Assembly (NCBI GenBank): GCA_039545335.1
Contig: BCIN01000005.1
Span: forward strand, 434,001 to 498,000
Source: Kondoa subrosea
Taxonomy: Eukaryota
Length of the DNA: 64,000 nt
Direction of reading: 5' to 3'
This document shows, one piece after another, positions 51,858 through 64,000 of this stretch. A model generated the notes under the pieces. That model ran no database searches, was not told where the DNA came from, and saw only the letters and a list, made by a program, of their open reading frames with translations. The translations under genes and the position numbers were made by a program. Each line of letters starts with the position of its first letter. Within the stretch, counting starts at the first letter, position 1.

Positions 51858-54232
51858 ACAACGCTTGCTCTCAAGCAGCCACGTCCGTCGGCTCTATACC
51901 GTGCAGCAAGTATACCAGAGCATTGATACACCCCTCATTGAACATGGAGCTCTCGTCTACATTGCCGCAAGATTGGCAGGTCATTGCAGAGGGCGGAGCG
52001 AATCTAGTCTTTTCTTACTCAGGCAGTGATCCTGCCTTCTCATCGCTTGCTCTACGTGTTCGTAAACGTCTTGTTGGATCTCAAGGCGAATCAGATGGAC
52101 AGGATCCAGCTGTCTCTTTCCATTCAGAAGTCGTCAATGTTCTAATGCCTGACTTGGCTGCGAAGCTCTACAATGCTCCAGTAGATGAATCTTTCCTTAA
52201 TCGATTGCATCAAAGGGTACAGCCGATGAGAAGTCTGAAGCGGAAAGAAGTAGATGAGATTGATCCGACTAGGACCTCTGTAGTATTGGCGGAAGATTTG
52301 GTCAGCCCTAGTACAGAAGGAGAAAGAGTCTTGACCATCGAAATCAAGCCAAAGTGGGGCTTTATGCCTACCGAACATGCGAAACTATCAGCTGAAACGG
52401 AAGAGGTCAAGCGAAACTATTGCCGTTTCTGCATGCATCAGATCTACAAGACCGCTGGATCGGCTGACTCACTTTCTGATGGAAGATATTGTCCCTTAGA
52501 CCTCTACTCGGGCGATTCAGCTCGTGTCAAGAAAGCTGTTCAAGCATTACTGAATCATTGGCAAGCGAAGAATGCAAGAGGAAACCAGTTCAGGCTATTC
52601 ATTGATGGCATACAGATCAAGCCAAACGATGTGAGTAGCTTTTCTGTGAAATTGACCCTTATTTATAGTCATCCAGTCAACCTTCGCATCACAACTTGCC
52701 GATATATCGGCTGCAATCTGTGCAGAAACATCTCTTGTAGAAACTATCGCATCTTCTCTTCTTTCCTCGCCTCTACTACCTCGACTAAAGCATTTACAAG
52801 CATCTTTCGATCCATTGGACATCGAAGGTCTTTCCTCGCTACTGGCTCTGCATGCATCGAATTTCAGCTCAGAACCACTCTTCAACATTTCTGATCTTGA
52901 AGCATTGGAATCGATAGCTGAATTTTCCTCTTTGGCAAATCGCTCTCTTTCACCTTCGTTCTCTTTCAACAACTTGAGTACTCGCGAGAAATGTCTCTGC
53001 TACCTTCTATCAGCTTCGTTCAAAGATTGTTCAGTTATGATTCGTATCACTCAAGAAGGACCGCAAGTGAAAGCTATTGATATTGATCCGAAGAAACTAG
53101 CGAAATTAGATCACTACGCAAGGCTAGACAAAGATATCAGAGAGTTTGCGATTGCAAGAGTCAAAGGAGTTCGAGAATGCGTGAACTCCACTAAATTGGA
53201 ACAATAAATTACTTCGCAAGCTATGAACAATGTCAACGCGTTATCTACAACCCTAAACAGTTACAAGCTATCAAATACATACTACTCTTCTATCAACCCA
53301 GCCATCTTTGCCCACTCTGCTTGATCGCAAGCATATTCGAGAAATTCAAATTGCTGTGAACTCATGTCAGTCCTGCTTTGCTAAATTAAAAGAGAAGAAA
53401 CTCACCTACAGCTCTGCGACAGTCGCTCTGTATTTTGGGCTTTCAAAGAGACTTCGACTCAAGAACCAGTTCAGCTCTTCATCGGTATCATCAGCTTCAG
53501 CCAAATGTATCTTCCAAGAAGTCTTCGTGAATTCGTTGATCTGGTCTTCTTTGGCATTTCGCGAAAGTTCTCTGGCCCAAGGGTCTTGGTTGGTGGATAA
53601 AGCATACAAAATGACTGTGATATGGAAAATAAGCTGAAGTTAACCAATTGCAAAAGAAAGAAACGGACCACCAAGACCAAAGACATCATTAGCGAAACCG
53701 TGATGTCGCACATTGCCAATCACTTCCGGTGCCATAAATCCAAGCGTGCCGACATAGCCATAAGTCGTCTCGCCAGGTGCAAGAATGGTTGCTAGACCGA
53801 AATCAGCTATTGGATTTTTATCAGCTTGAGACGATGAAGGGGAAAGTTGATCAGCTTACCTATCTTGATTTCGCCATTTGCAGCCACAAGGATGTTGTCA
53901 GGCTTCAAGTCTTGATGCACGATGCCACGGTGGTGAAGATGCTTCAAACCATTCAAGATCTGCAGCGCACTCAATGAACTCAAGTCAAGAACAAGGACGC
54001 CTGAAAACTTACTTTGGCAGTCACATGCGCCCGACCTTCATATGAGACCTTTCTTCCCTTGTCCAATACATTCCACAAATCCGTTTGCATCATTTCCAAA
54101 GAAATGTGAACGCTTCCATCGGCTACTACTTGCTCTCCAAGCAGTGAAACAATGTTGGCATGCTTTCCTGCTTTCTTCATGATTGAGATTTCGGAATGGA
54201 TTTGAGGAAGATTATCGAGAGAAGGTGAAGAG
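51858..54232. repeat. Arm B of the inverted segmental duplication (partner 1..2390)
   Basis: Reverse complement of 1..2390 with scattered substitutions. Confidence 0.95.
51944..53207 (+). CDS. IPK1: Inositol-pentakisphosphate 2-kinase, copy B
   Basis: Same motifs as copy A with an intact frame; ATG at 51944. Confidence 0.92.
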
Positions 54233-54844
54233 AAGACTTTGAGTGCTGCTACCTGATGCGATCGATGATGAGAAGCTCTGAAGACTTTTGCTTGACCACC
54301 TTCGCCAAGTTCGCGCTCGAGGAGGAAGAGAGGTTGACCAAGATCTTTTCGCACTTCATCGTTTTCCAGCTCGATTTCCTAAAACACTGAGTCAGCTTTC
54401 AATCGCGACACAAAGACGATTTCACATACCTCAGCAGTGGGAGCAGCAAAGATGGAGCGCTGTATGGCAGCCAAACTCATTCCATGCTTCTTTGCCAAAG
54501 TACGCATGATTGTTCGAGCATCGCGCGGAACGGCAGGAGCTTTGGTGCCAGAAGTTTGAGCAACAACTTTGACTGATTTCTGTACTGCTGTGACTGCTGG
54601 AGTGGTACATTGACCTGAGAGAAGGAAGAGTAAGCTTTGCAAAAGGAGGTAAAGAAGTACTCACGTTTCGCGGCAGGAGCAACTGGTCTATCATACTCGT
54701 CTTCCTCATCGTCAGTGTTTGCCTAAAGACGATACATCAAACCTAATGCAAGAAGCAAAGGCATCAGTTTCTCACCTCAGCAATGCGATCAGGAGTAGGA
54801 AGGTTGCGATTTATTGAGCGAAAGAAGTCGTTGAATTTTGGACG
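53282..54844 (-). CDS. Ser/Thr protein kinase, non-RD (HQD), copy B; start codon not resolved (traceable exons extend to 54844)
   Basis: [16 protein letters not shown]...VAALKVF...EISIM...[20 protein letters not shown]; upstream exons splice in frame. Confidence 0.88.
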
Positions 54845-55266
54845 CTGTAGATGGAGAAGGGAAAATAGATCAGCTTCCAGCCTCAATATGCCTTAAAGTC
54901 AAAAACAAGAGATGAGAATGTTGTCGCGAGGCATCGATTTCAAGTCACTCTTCCAACTTGCATGATACAGACTTCGTCCGCAACCTTTACGAACGTAGGG
55001 AGGTCCGTCCATCTGAAGGGCGCGCTGCAATGAAGGCACCGAAATCTGAGCAGCGTGCTGACTTTGGACCGGCTCGCCAGGAATCCTTGAGCCAAAGATC
55101 TTTATTTTGCTTTGCCAATATGTGCAACATTCCAAAAACACAAACAACAGGAATCCAAGAAGAGACAACGCTGGCAGCTGTCAGTACCAAACTCGCAAAA
55201 GACACAATCAAGGCACAAGCAGAAGAAGAAGAGGAGGATTGCTAGAGCGTGAATCTGTTGGCTCTT

Positions 55267-55806
55267 ACACTGCACGATATGGGCTTCTTCCGAACTGTAC
55301 GACAGCAGGGAGTTCGTCCCTCCATAGAGCATAACTGCAATGAAGGCTCGAAACGATTTAAGCAGTATTGTTTGTCTTTCAGGGCAGGTCCCAGAGCTGA
55401 CCAATAAGTTGAAAGTTGTTGCTTGCTTTTGAGTAGCACCTCATGTTCAGAAGGATTGATGGATGGGAATGTGACACAACAGGATATCATCGGAACCAGA
55501 CAAGACAAAGAAGCTTACATCTTTAGCAAGATTACGCAAAGCTTGAACGTTATTTTTGCGCTTTCTCGCTGCTTGTACATCATTGATAGCATCTTTTCCG
55601 CTGGAAAGACGCTGTGCTTTGTCCAGAACCAGACCAGTGAGGTATTGGGCGATCTGCAATTCGGTGAGATGAGGGTAGACTTTGCTTAGCGCTCCATGGA
55701 GATTCGACAGAGTGCTTTCGGTGCGCGGTAGACCGCCATAACAGTCGCCTACTTGGACGTTCTTGGTAGGGATGATTGGAGTGTATAGAGTAGGGACTGG
55801 AGCCAT
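55267..55806 (-). CDS. Uncharacterised exons; either the 5' part of the kinase gene or a separate small gene
   Basis: 119-aa ORF starting MAPVPTLYTP, with a GTAAGC donor at ~55519 and further exon-like sequence. Confidence 0.4.
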
Positions 55807-56248
55807 ATTGAGGTATCGCGATTGGTATGGAATGGAAATGAATGGAGGTATAGGTTGCAGAAGAAGAATGAGAAAGGACAGGAGTGTGCACGTCAGACGA
55901 CAGGAATGTACACTAACGAAAGGGGAAACTTTACAGGAACGAAAACCGACCAGCAGAATTGAAATAAATGACGCGACGTGAGTGCGCGCGAATGAGCGCT
56001 AGTCAGAAGCAAGAAGTATCAAGATAGGAGCGATGAGAAGCCACGGAAACTGGAAAGAGATTTGCACACAATTTAGCTGAACGACGCGTTCGGAAGTGGT
56101 TCTGGTTGAAAGTGGTCAAAAATATCACGCATGTTCGCTTTGTCATGCAACATTAGCATCGGAGGAAAGCATGTAATTACACTAGCTCCATGATCAGATC
56201 TGACTTCTGGTCTGTGGAAAATGGCTCACTGTTCGCGTGATTATTTGC

Positions 56249-58028
56249 TCAATCTTCTTTAGTCATGGCAAGCATCGTCCCAGCGGTTTGCCCTTTCGGC
56301 GCTAGATCAAGTACATTCTTCTTCTGCTGCTTAGCCAAGTTCTCTTCCACTTGCATCACAGTGAGTTTGATTGCTTGAGGTGTAGACAAACGATTCTTGT
56401 ACCCAAAGACTTTTCGAGCTCTAGAGTCGTCTGAAGTCGCCTTAGTCTGCGTATACGCCGCTCTATGAGACGTCTTACCTATTATTATGCAGCTGTTAGC
56501 TGTCTCAAAAAGACCTGGTTGGAGCAATTCTGCTGCTTTCATGCACTGAGGTATATGATAAGGTTTCATATCAAGAATGTATTTCCTGACGTAGAAAGAT
56601 ATGCGTAGAATTGCTGAGATACGTTCATGAGCAAGGCAAGACGAGATGGGCCAGTACTAGCTTACTTTGAGTGACATGCGCAGCGAAGAGCATAAGAGCA
56701 GGAGGAACGCTCTGAAAGCCCAAATCCCTAGTCGCGTAGTATTGGATCATCTTGCGGTTGTCCCCGAAATTATATGCTTTCGGGTCGCCCGTCACTAAGA
56801 AACCTTGACCGGCGCATTCTTCAGGTCTTTCCAGCAGCGCTTTCTCTGCCTGAATATGGACTAGAGCTACGTCGATAGCTGCCATGTTATGCTGAACTAG
56901 CTGATTGCCCCAGATGGGATTTTGTCCCCGTCTAATGTTGCCTCAGCCGGAACAAAGAGTAGCAAGTAAGACTCACTGATAGTAAGAGGCAACAAACAGA
57001 TCCTTATGACCGATGAGTGCCATACCAGGTCTAATGCTCAGTGTTCGCAATCCGTTCTTTCCATCCGCTTCTCGCACCATCTTGTCTGCGGCACGTTTCG
57101 TAGTACAATAATGCGTTTGGCTAAGGTTCTTCATCGTATCGATGTTTACATCATCAGAGAATTTGAAAGGCATGTCATCTCTTGAAGAAAAAGAAAGGAA
57201 AGACTGATCTTGCACAAAGATTCCGGCTGAGGAAGTATAGATGAGGTATTTCTCTCCTTGAAGTTTTTGAGCTGCTTCAATGATATACTGCGTGCCAAGG
57301 ACGTTGATATTGTAGCTCAAAGGTAACGTATAGGCTGCATTATCCCACTATTCAGGTCACCGTTTCAGTCTCTTTCGGCGCAATACAATTCCGCGGAGAA
57401 AGGACGTACAAATCTGATGATCGCAGCGCAGTGATAGATGACAGTAGGTAAAGAAGGGTTTGCGAAAGGCTTGTGAATAGCAGCTTGAACAGCTTCTTTG
57501 TTCGAAATATCGCATTGAATAGATTCGGTAGCAGGATTGTTTAGGATATTGGCCTCTGGAGTATCACGATCTATAATGCGTATATTGCTTTCGCCGCGAA
57601 GGAGTAAATGATCTATCTGAAAGCCGCTGAGGTTATGCTGAAGAATAGATGCTCAACGTACAATGAGACCGCCAATATGACCTGTACAGACTGTCAGCTT
57701 TCGTACTGCCATCACTGAGCGCAAGCTAACCTGCTCCGCCAATAACAATCTGATAATTACCAAACCTCGACTAAGCATTATCTTTGCAGTATTTTGGAAC
57801 GGGACTGACCCTATTCGCATCTTTTTGCTCAGGTAAGCCTTCCTTGAGATCAGGCGTATTGGACACTTCTACGCGAGACAACTCTTCTTCAGTTGGACAT
57901 GGACTCGTACATTGACGAACTCCCGCAGGAGGGTACTGCAACCTTGAGTGAACTGTATAGAGAGCGAAGAGAATATACAGTGAGATGCCAACCAGAGCGT
58001 CTGGGTATCCATTTGGCAGAAGACCCAT
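56249..58028 (-). CDS. 3-beta-hydroxysteroid dehydrogenase-like extended SDR (Erg26-like family) with N-terminal TM segment
   Basis: VIGGAGHIG, IYHCAAIIRF, INVLGTQYII, IYTSS, catalytic YCTTK, LSIRPG, GQGFLVTG. Confidence 0.87.
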
Positions 58029-58193
58029 TGCGACGTAAACACGAGAACGTTTTCTAGAGCGCGGTCAAACAAAGCTGTGTTACAAGCTCAACTAGCCTGA
58101 AGGATTGATGAACACAAGGGTAGTACAATGCTCGGTCGTCAAAAGAAAAGCTATTCAGCATATGCAATGCATGACTTTTTGCTGACTAATCAT

Positions 58194-59585
58194 CTAAATA
58201 GTGTAGACCAGCTTTTGCGCTCTTACTTTTCCTTCTCTCATACGTTCATATCCCTTCTGAACGTCGTCGAGACCGCCTGACTTCTCTATAGGTAAAGTTC
58301 TGGGTGCCTTCGGATTAGCTAAACAAGAACAGCAACATTAGACAAGGACATACTTGACTAATTTCTGTTGATAGAGCTTAGTGGCATGCTTCAACCACTG
58401 CACATGATGTTCTCGATCGTTCGGTCCAGCTTTGACTTCCCATGTCGAGAAGCTTGCGTCTTTGCCCTACAATAACCCGATCAACAACAATCGCTGGCAG
58501 CAGAAATAAAGCCATGACTTACATCCAAAGCAGTGTAAAGAAGCGTTTCAATGACTTTAACATCTTTTCTAGGTAATTTGTCTTCTGGGCAGGGCAGAAT
58601 TACAACGTTTGTTCCTCCATTTGGACCCATTGACTTGGCAATTAAAGCAGGAGAGTCGTCTGAAATAGCACTAATCAATCTCATCAGCTTGAAACTCAAA
58701 CCGTAAAGAGGCGAAAATTACCAATCCATAGCATATTTCAAATTGTTCTCAGTTACTTCCCTAATCTTCTCGTCTACTTTTGGGTCCTTGTAGTCGAAAA
58801 TCGCATCAGCTCCGTAGCTCTTTAACAATGGCCAATTGGCTACAAAGATAGCTTTAGCTTAATCTGTGTCGAAGAGACTGAGGACTTACTTTCTGAAGCA
58901 GTAGTGACTACTTTGTAACCCGCAAGATGACCAAGCTGAATAGCGTTCTGACCAACAGAAGAAGCACCAGACCAAACAAGTAACCATTCGCCATTGCTTT
59001 TGAGAGGTAATGATTGATCAGGTGTAGGTTCTGTAAGGTGAAGTCTGCCAAAGAGAGCTTGAACGGCAGTGAAGAATGGAATTGGAATAGTAGCTGCTTC
59101 TTCAAAAGTCATTTCATCAGGCAGAATCCTATCGACAAGCCCGCGTTAACTTGTAATCATAGCATTTGGCAGTGAGATGACTTACATGCATAGATCCCAT
59201 GGCATTACTATAAATTCGGCGAAAGCTCCATGATCGTTCTTGACACCACCGCGAGTGAAGAAGGCTACACGAGTGCCTTCTTTGAGGTTAGAGGTAGAAG
59301 GAACAGATGAGCCCAATTTGTCGACGACACCGACTGCATCGCAACCAGAGATATCGCCAGCTTTGGAGATGAATTGAGCGTGTTTCTGTTTGCAGTCAAG
59401 AAGCAGACATGAGCGAACAGGGACATTGCTACTGGCTCTTAGTAAAATACCTCATCTGTGGGATTTTGACCGAAAGCCTTGATTCGTATCAGAACTTGCT
59501 TTTCCTTAGGCGAAGGAACAGGTCGGTTCTCGACCTTCACAGAGCGATCTTCTTGGACAACAACAGCGCGCATAGTAGATGACAT
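58194..59585 (-). CDS. MDR-superfamily enoyl-reductase-like oxidoreductase (ToxD/LovC-like)
   Basis: MRAVVV, GQNPTD, SGCDAVGVV, GAFAEF, TFEEAATIP, LVWSGASSVGQNAIQL, GADAIFDYKD, GKVRAQKLVYTI*. Confidence 0.92.
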
Positions 59586-60540
59586 CTTGAATTTCAGTGA
59601 GAGTTGGTTGCAAGGAAGGATCAGCAAGCAATTGAGAAAAATGCGAAATATATATGACGCGGTGCTTATTAATGCAATGAAAAGTGGTTTTGCCGGTCCA
59701 CCTCAAGTTCCGCTCGCGCGCACTTAGCAGGTCAAGTTATATTATGCTGGGCATATCGGCGGACGGTTGGTGATTGAGCTGAAGTATTTGAAACGGACGT
59801 AAAGCATATCTTAGCGCATACAGGAAGAGCATGCATGTTACAGAACTAACGAGCGCTGCCACCTAAATGACTACTGCTGCTACCAACTCTCCTCGCTCTA
59901 CTTTTTGATCCGAATACAACGCGACCCGCAATAAAGGCGTAGTTGGGACTTTTTGGTATCGCAAACTATGGTTCCGCAGACTGTGCTTCATACGGCCACT
60001 CCTAAGGCGAAGAGATTGACACATAACAAGCGAAAAACAAGAAACACGAAGTAGTCTAAGATAGGATGTAAACATTATCGTTCAGCAGGTTCGGGATGAT
60101 GCAAGCTTGTTTCATATCTCTTTCTGTCGCTTGCTCCAGAAACACCTCTTAGTACACGAGCGATGTAGTGAGCTGAGATAGCTGCCCAGCTCTGGCTGAT
60201 AACACGCTGAAAGGTTCATCATCTTCAGAAGACTCGATGCAACTTGATACGTTCCGTTGACGGATGGGTATGAAACGAAGCAGACGAGCATTATCAGATT
60301 TCAGCAGACCAGCCATGTTGAATCTTCGAGCGAGTTATTGAATCCGCCCAAAGAAGCCCATGGTCTCGTTCGAGTTTGGGAAGCCAGACATAGCAAGCAC
60401 TAGCATTGAACTCTGACGCGGATGATTATCGCCACAGTGCAGTAGTACAGGGTATCTTGAGACTGGTATAGAGACCTGGCCGCGTTGGGACAAGCGACAT
60501 TTTCCAAAACACGTCACAACTCTTTCTTCAAGTTGCAGCC

Positions 60541-61908
60541 ATGTCGAATCTCCCAGACTACTACGTGGGTGCCTTGTGAGAGTATTGCTGTGCTCAGCTT
60601 ATTCTTTGCCTTGTATCCACAGGCGATTCTGCGAGTGCAACCCAATGCAAGTCAGGAAGAAGTGAGGTGTGTGCTTTGGCTCGATAGACCAGCTACAAGC
60701 TTACTGTTTATAAAGACAAGGATACCGCAAGGAGTCACTTCGGTTAGCTTCAGTCAGCCAACGCGAGAGGACTCGAAGCTGACGAGCATCCTGACAGAAC
60801 ACATCCAGATAGAGTGGAACCATCAAAGCGGAAGAAGGGTACGCTATTCTCTTGTATCACTGTGACTCTGCTCATGATATAATGTAGCTACGGAAGATTT
60901 CCAGAAAGTAGCAGGTATGCAACTCGAATCTGCTAAGAACAATCTCGCTCATACTCGCTCTCTTTTCCCTTTCTCTTCTCCTTCTCAATCACTCTCTACG
61001 CGCACTGGTACTTCTCTTGCTGTTCCACTTCTGATCAGACGCATACTACGTTCTTTCCGATCCGACTCGTCGCTCCAACTACGACGCACAAAGAGCTTCA
61101 GCACCAGGTGGATTCACTTCAACTTCAGCCGATGCATCAGCAGATTATTTCGCAAACTTCTTCAGATCTACATTTGGTGCAGCAGCGAATGATCAATTCG
61201 CTCAAGAAGAATCATCCTCAGAAGAAGAAGAGGAGGAAGAAGTACCGAGAAGAAAAGGTGGAGCAAGAGGTGGAAGTGCTAGACCTGATCCGGATGCTAC
61301 TTTTGGTGATGTGTTTGAAGATTTGTTGAGACCGGAAGTACATCGAATAGCACCTGTTTGGACTTGGGTTGGTGCTGCAGCTGGTGCAGCAATGGTCAGT
61401 CACTACTCGTTCGTTAGATGCTGCATTGAAAGATGCTGATCGATTTGAAAAGGGCTTCATTGTTGGAAATTTACCTGGAGCTGGTACATAATCTAACTTC
61501 ATAAATCAGTCGACCATTACTGATATCGCCATACTAGCATTGGGCGGATATGGTGGATCTAGAGTCGGAGCAATCCGAGATGCAAAGGTGTGTCGTCATA
61601 TTGTGAATACCGGCTTGTGCTAATGAGGCATGCGAAACAGGGCAAAGCGTACGTCTTCCTTCATATCATGTCTGGATGCTTTGTGGCTGATGCTGAATTC
61701 TGCTGCAGTGTATACGAGTATGTTCATTCTTTGCGTCTGCAATCAATAGCAATGCTGAATATACGTCGCAGAGTCTTCAAAGATTTGGGAGCCGGTCAGC
61801 GAGCGGAAATATTACGAGGTTTGGCAGCAAAGGTATATCGCTGAGATGAACAAGTCTATTCTATAGCTAATGCGTCTCTTTCAGGTTCTGGGTTCTGCGC
61901 TGGGTTAG
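60541..61908 (+). CDS. DnaJ-domain (J-) protein with glycine-rich hydrophobic C-terminus
   Basis: Spliced: PDYYAILRV...ASQEEVRQGYRKESLRTHPDR...ATERFQKVADAYYVLSDPTRRSNYD; GFIVGNLPGA..GAIRDAKGK. Confidence 0.93.
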
Positions 61909-62075
61909 AGCAAAAATCTATAGTTTGGGGAGTAGTAATTTGCAATGTATCATTATGTCATGCGATCAAGCTTAAGAGATCCATCTGAGCGTATTTCGGA
62001 TAGTCAGAGATGAGCAGCAGCGGGAGATTGGAGCTACGAGAAGCATGTCACAGTTCTGATATTGCATTTGAATAG

Positions 62076-63206
62076 CTAGCTAACGACTTCTAGATGCTGA
62101 GTAGCTTCACGGCTTTCGCCAGGTGCCAAAGTGAACCTGTTTGTACCAATGAGTTCTAGTCTCTCGCTCTATTCAGTGACTGCTCACCAATCCTGAGCTT
62201 GACCAGGCTCGATGCATACATATTTCTTCCACCCTTCTTCCTCCATATCAGCTAAAGCATCGCTCTTCTTCTGATCAGGGTTCCAAGTAACGAAAGATGG
62301 CAAGTCTTGCTTTGACACTCGCAAACCAAAGGATAAATCTACTGCATCTGGTGCGTCGAAATAGACTCTATCGACTTCGCTTGGGAAAGTGAGTGCTTCT
62401 TTTGATTCATCATGTGGTCCTAATTCAGCTCCAGTTGCCTAAGGATGTACGAGTGAGTAGAGCGTCAAGCCAGCAGATGGAGGAGCTTACCTTATCAAGA
62501 TACTTTAAGCCTTTCAAACCGGTAGCTTTCACTTCGCTCAACTGGGTTCCTTTGGGTAGTCGAATATACGTGTGCAGCAAGGTCTGATACTTGAGATCTT
62601 GTTTCGCTTCAGAAGGATTAGTGACTCGCAATACAGTCTTGAGTGCTCCAGTCTTTGTTTCAAGAATGACAGAATAGAGAAGCTTGAATTCTGGTGCAAA
62701 GAGTTCTTTGATCGTTGAATCCGGCTCAAGACCTGCACAGGTATTAGTACTTGCATAGAATCATTAAAGATTGTAACACACGGAAGTTTACGCCTGTTCC
62801 GTCTGACAAGTCCTTTACTTCACCCGCATACTCCCACTTTGAGATCCGCGCAAACCCATGCTGTTTGAGCTTATCATATGGTGCTTCTTTAGGCGGAGGT
62901 CCAAAGACAGGAAAGACAATTGGAACACCGCTACAATCTTCACTTGAGCATTCAACTCGTCATTTAGACTTAGCTGACTTACCCTCGAATAGCAGCAGGA
63001 CCAGTTTGCTGACTCTTACTGGATACGAAGAGTCGCTCTTCGCCAGCACAGATCCAGCTCACGACCTGTTTTACGTAGTCATTAGCTAATGTTATGCAGT
63101 TCTGATTTGAAATGGCACTCGCTGTTGCGCCGTGCAATGCGATCTTCACGCTCGCTTTCTCATTCTCGAATTCGACAAAGCCTTGAGTGAGCTTGACTTC
63201 TGGCAT
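62076..63206 (-). CDS. Glucose-6-phosphate 1-epimerase (aldose 1-epimerase family)
   Basis: IALHGATVVSW, AIRGGVPIVFPVFG, QHGFAR, LLHTY, GLKGLKYLDK, EVDRVY, VTWNP, YVCIEPG. Confidence 0.93.
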
Positions 63207-63534
63207 ATTTTTGGAACGTGATTGTTGGAGAGCAACAGCGTCCTTCAAATTGGCCAGATTGCTTGAATTATCACAGTCGCACTGATTGTAACTGGCTGCC
63301 CTGTACAACCTGAGCCAATTTGACAGAATTCCAGTAAGCTGGTTGGCGAGATTTAGCAAGGCAAAGTGAAGGGAAAGGCCAATTCAATTGGGAAGAGAAA
63401 AGCGCAATAAAGAGAGCAGGAAAGGGAAGAGGATCAATAGACGCAGCCTGGATACTGCAACCATCAGGACAGAGCTAAGCAGAAGGACAAGATGGCTAGT
63501 CACTTCGAGTATACCTTGAGTATATCATACGAGC

Positions 63535-64000
63535 AGTACGTTCAACGTTGCATTTCGCTCCATAATAACTTATTGTGCTCTACAGTGGACAATCTTCCAG
63601 ACGATCTTATCGTTGAGATCTTCGACTACTTCAATGCGGGAGAATTGTTCATTACTTGTCTCACTCTGTCGAAGCGCTATAGTCAGATCGTGCTCAAACA
63701 TTCGATATACCGCTCCATTCAGCCCACTTCTCTGATTCAATGCACAACTCTTCTGCATCATCTTCTTTTGAATCCTCGCGGCGCGTCCTCAGTACAAGAT
63801 ATCGATTTTGGGGAAATCGATTGGGACGACGAAGACAGCTCGACGCATCTTCTAGCACCAATGCATATACTTGCCTGTACGCGGAACCTCAAGCACTTAC
63901 AGCGCATAGGAATTCCGACAGGCTATCAAGATTTTATGCTGACTTGTATATCAAGACTGCCTTTGCGATCCCGAACTTTTCAGTATGGAAGCAATGACGA
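63535..64000 (+). CDS. F-box protein, 3' end beyond the window (start codon probably split A|TG by intron 63536-63585)
   Basis: MDNLPDDLIVEIFDYFNAGELFITCLTLSKRYSQIV...; open frame to the window end. Confidence 0.75.

Noticed and set aside
56249..59585. Secondary-metabolite cluster (SDR + enoyl-reductase-like)
   Set aside because: No PKS, NRPS or terpene synthase core gene in the window
59860..60316. Minus-strand frame MAGLLKSDN...DEPFSV with internal stops, faintly like a CRN header
   Set aside because: Similarity too weak to support by eye

Overview
Gene-dense, intron-rich fungal genomic DNA from a draft scaffold, with scattered Ns and one 100-N gap. Introns are mostly ~50 nt GT/GC-AG with many micro-exons, consistent with a basidiomycete (the taxon is inferred). 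All gene models were spliced by eye, so exon boundaries are predictions. Conserved genes: CWC15, NOT4, VPS55, NDK1, QCR7, TRM9, ILV2, CBC2, COQ7, SUB1, NDUFA5, DLD2, NRDE2, a sugar porter, an expansin-like protein, a 3-beta-HSD-like SDR, an MDR reductase, a J-protein and a G6P 1-epimerase. Accessory material: (i) an inverted duplication of an IPK1 + non-RD kinase pair bracketing ~49.5 kb; (ii) a ~5.6-kb direct duplication of a FunK1 kinase + F-box module; (iii) a tandem pair of unknown, homologous proteins with PY motifs whose CaaX ends appear only after splicing; (iv) a Crinkler-like Ubl/coiled-coil/HNH nuclease gene inside degenerate ~200-bp inverted repeats; (v) a decayed mitochondrial nad3 insertion (NUMT); (vi) an orphan 7TM-like protein. 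No tRNA, rRNA or CRISPR array was recognised.
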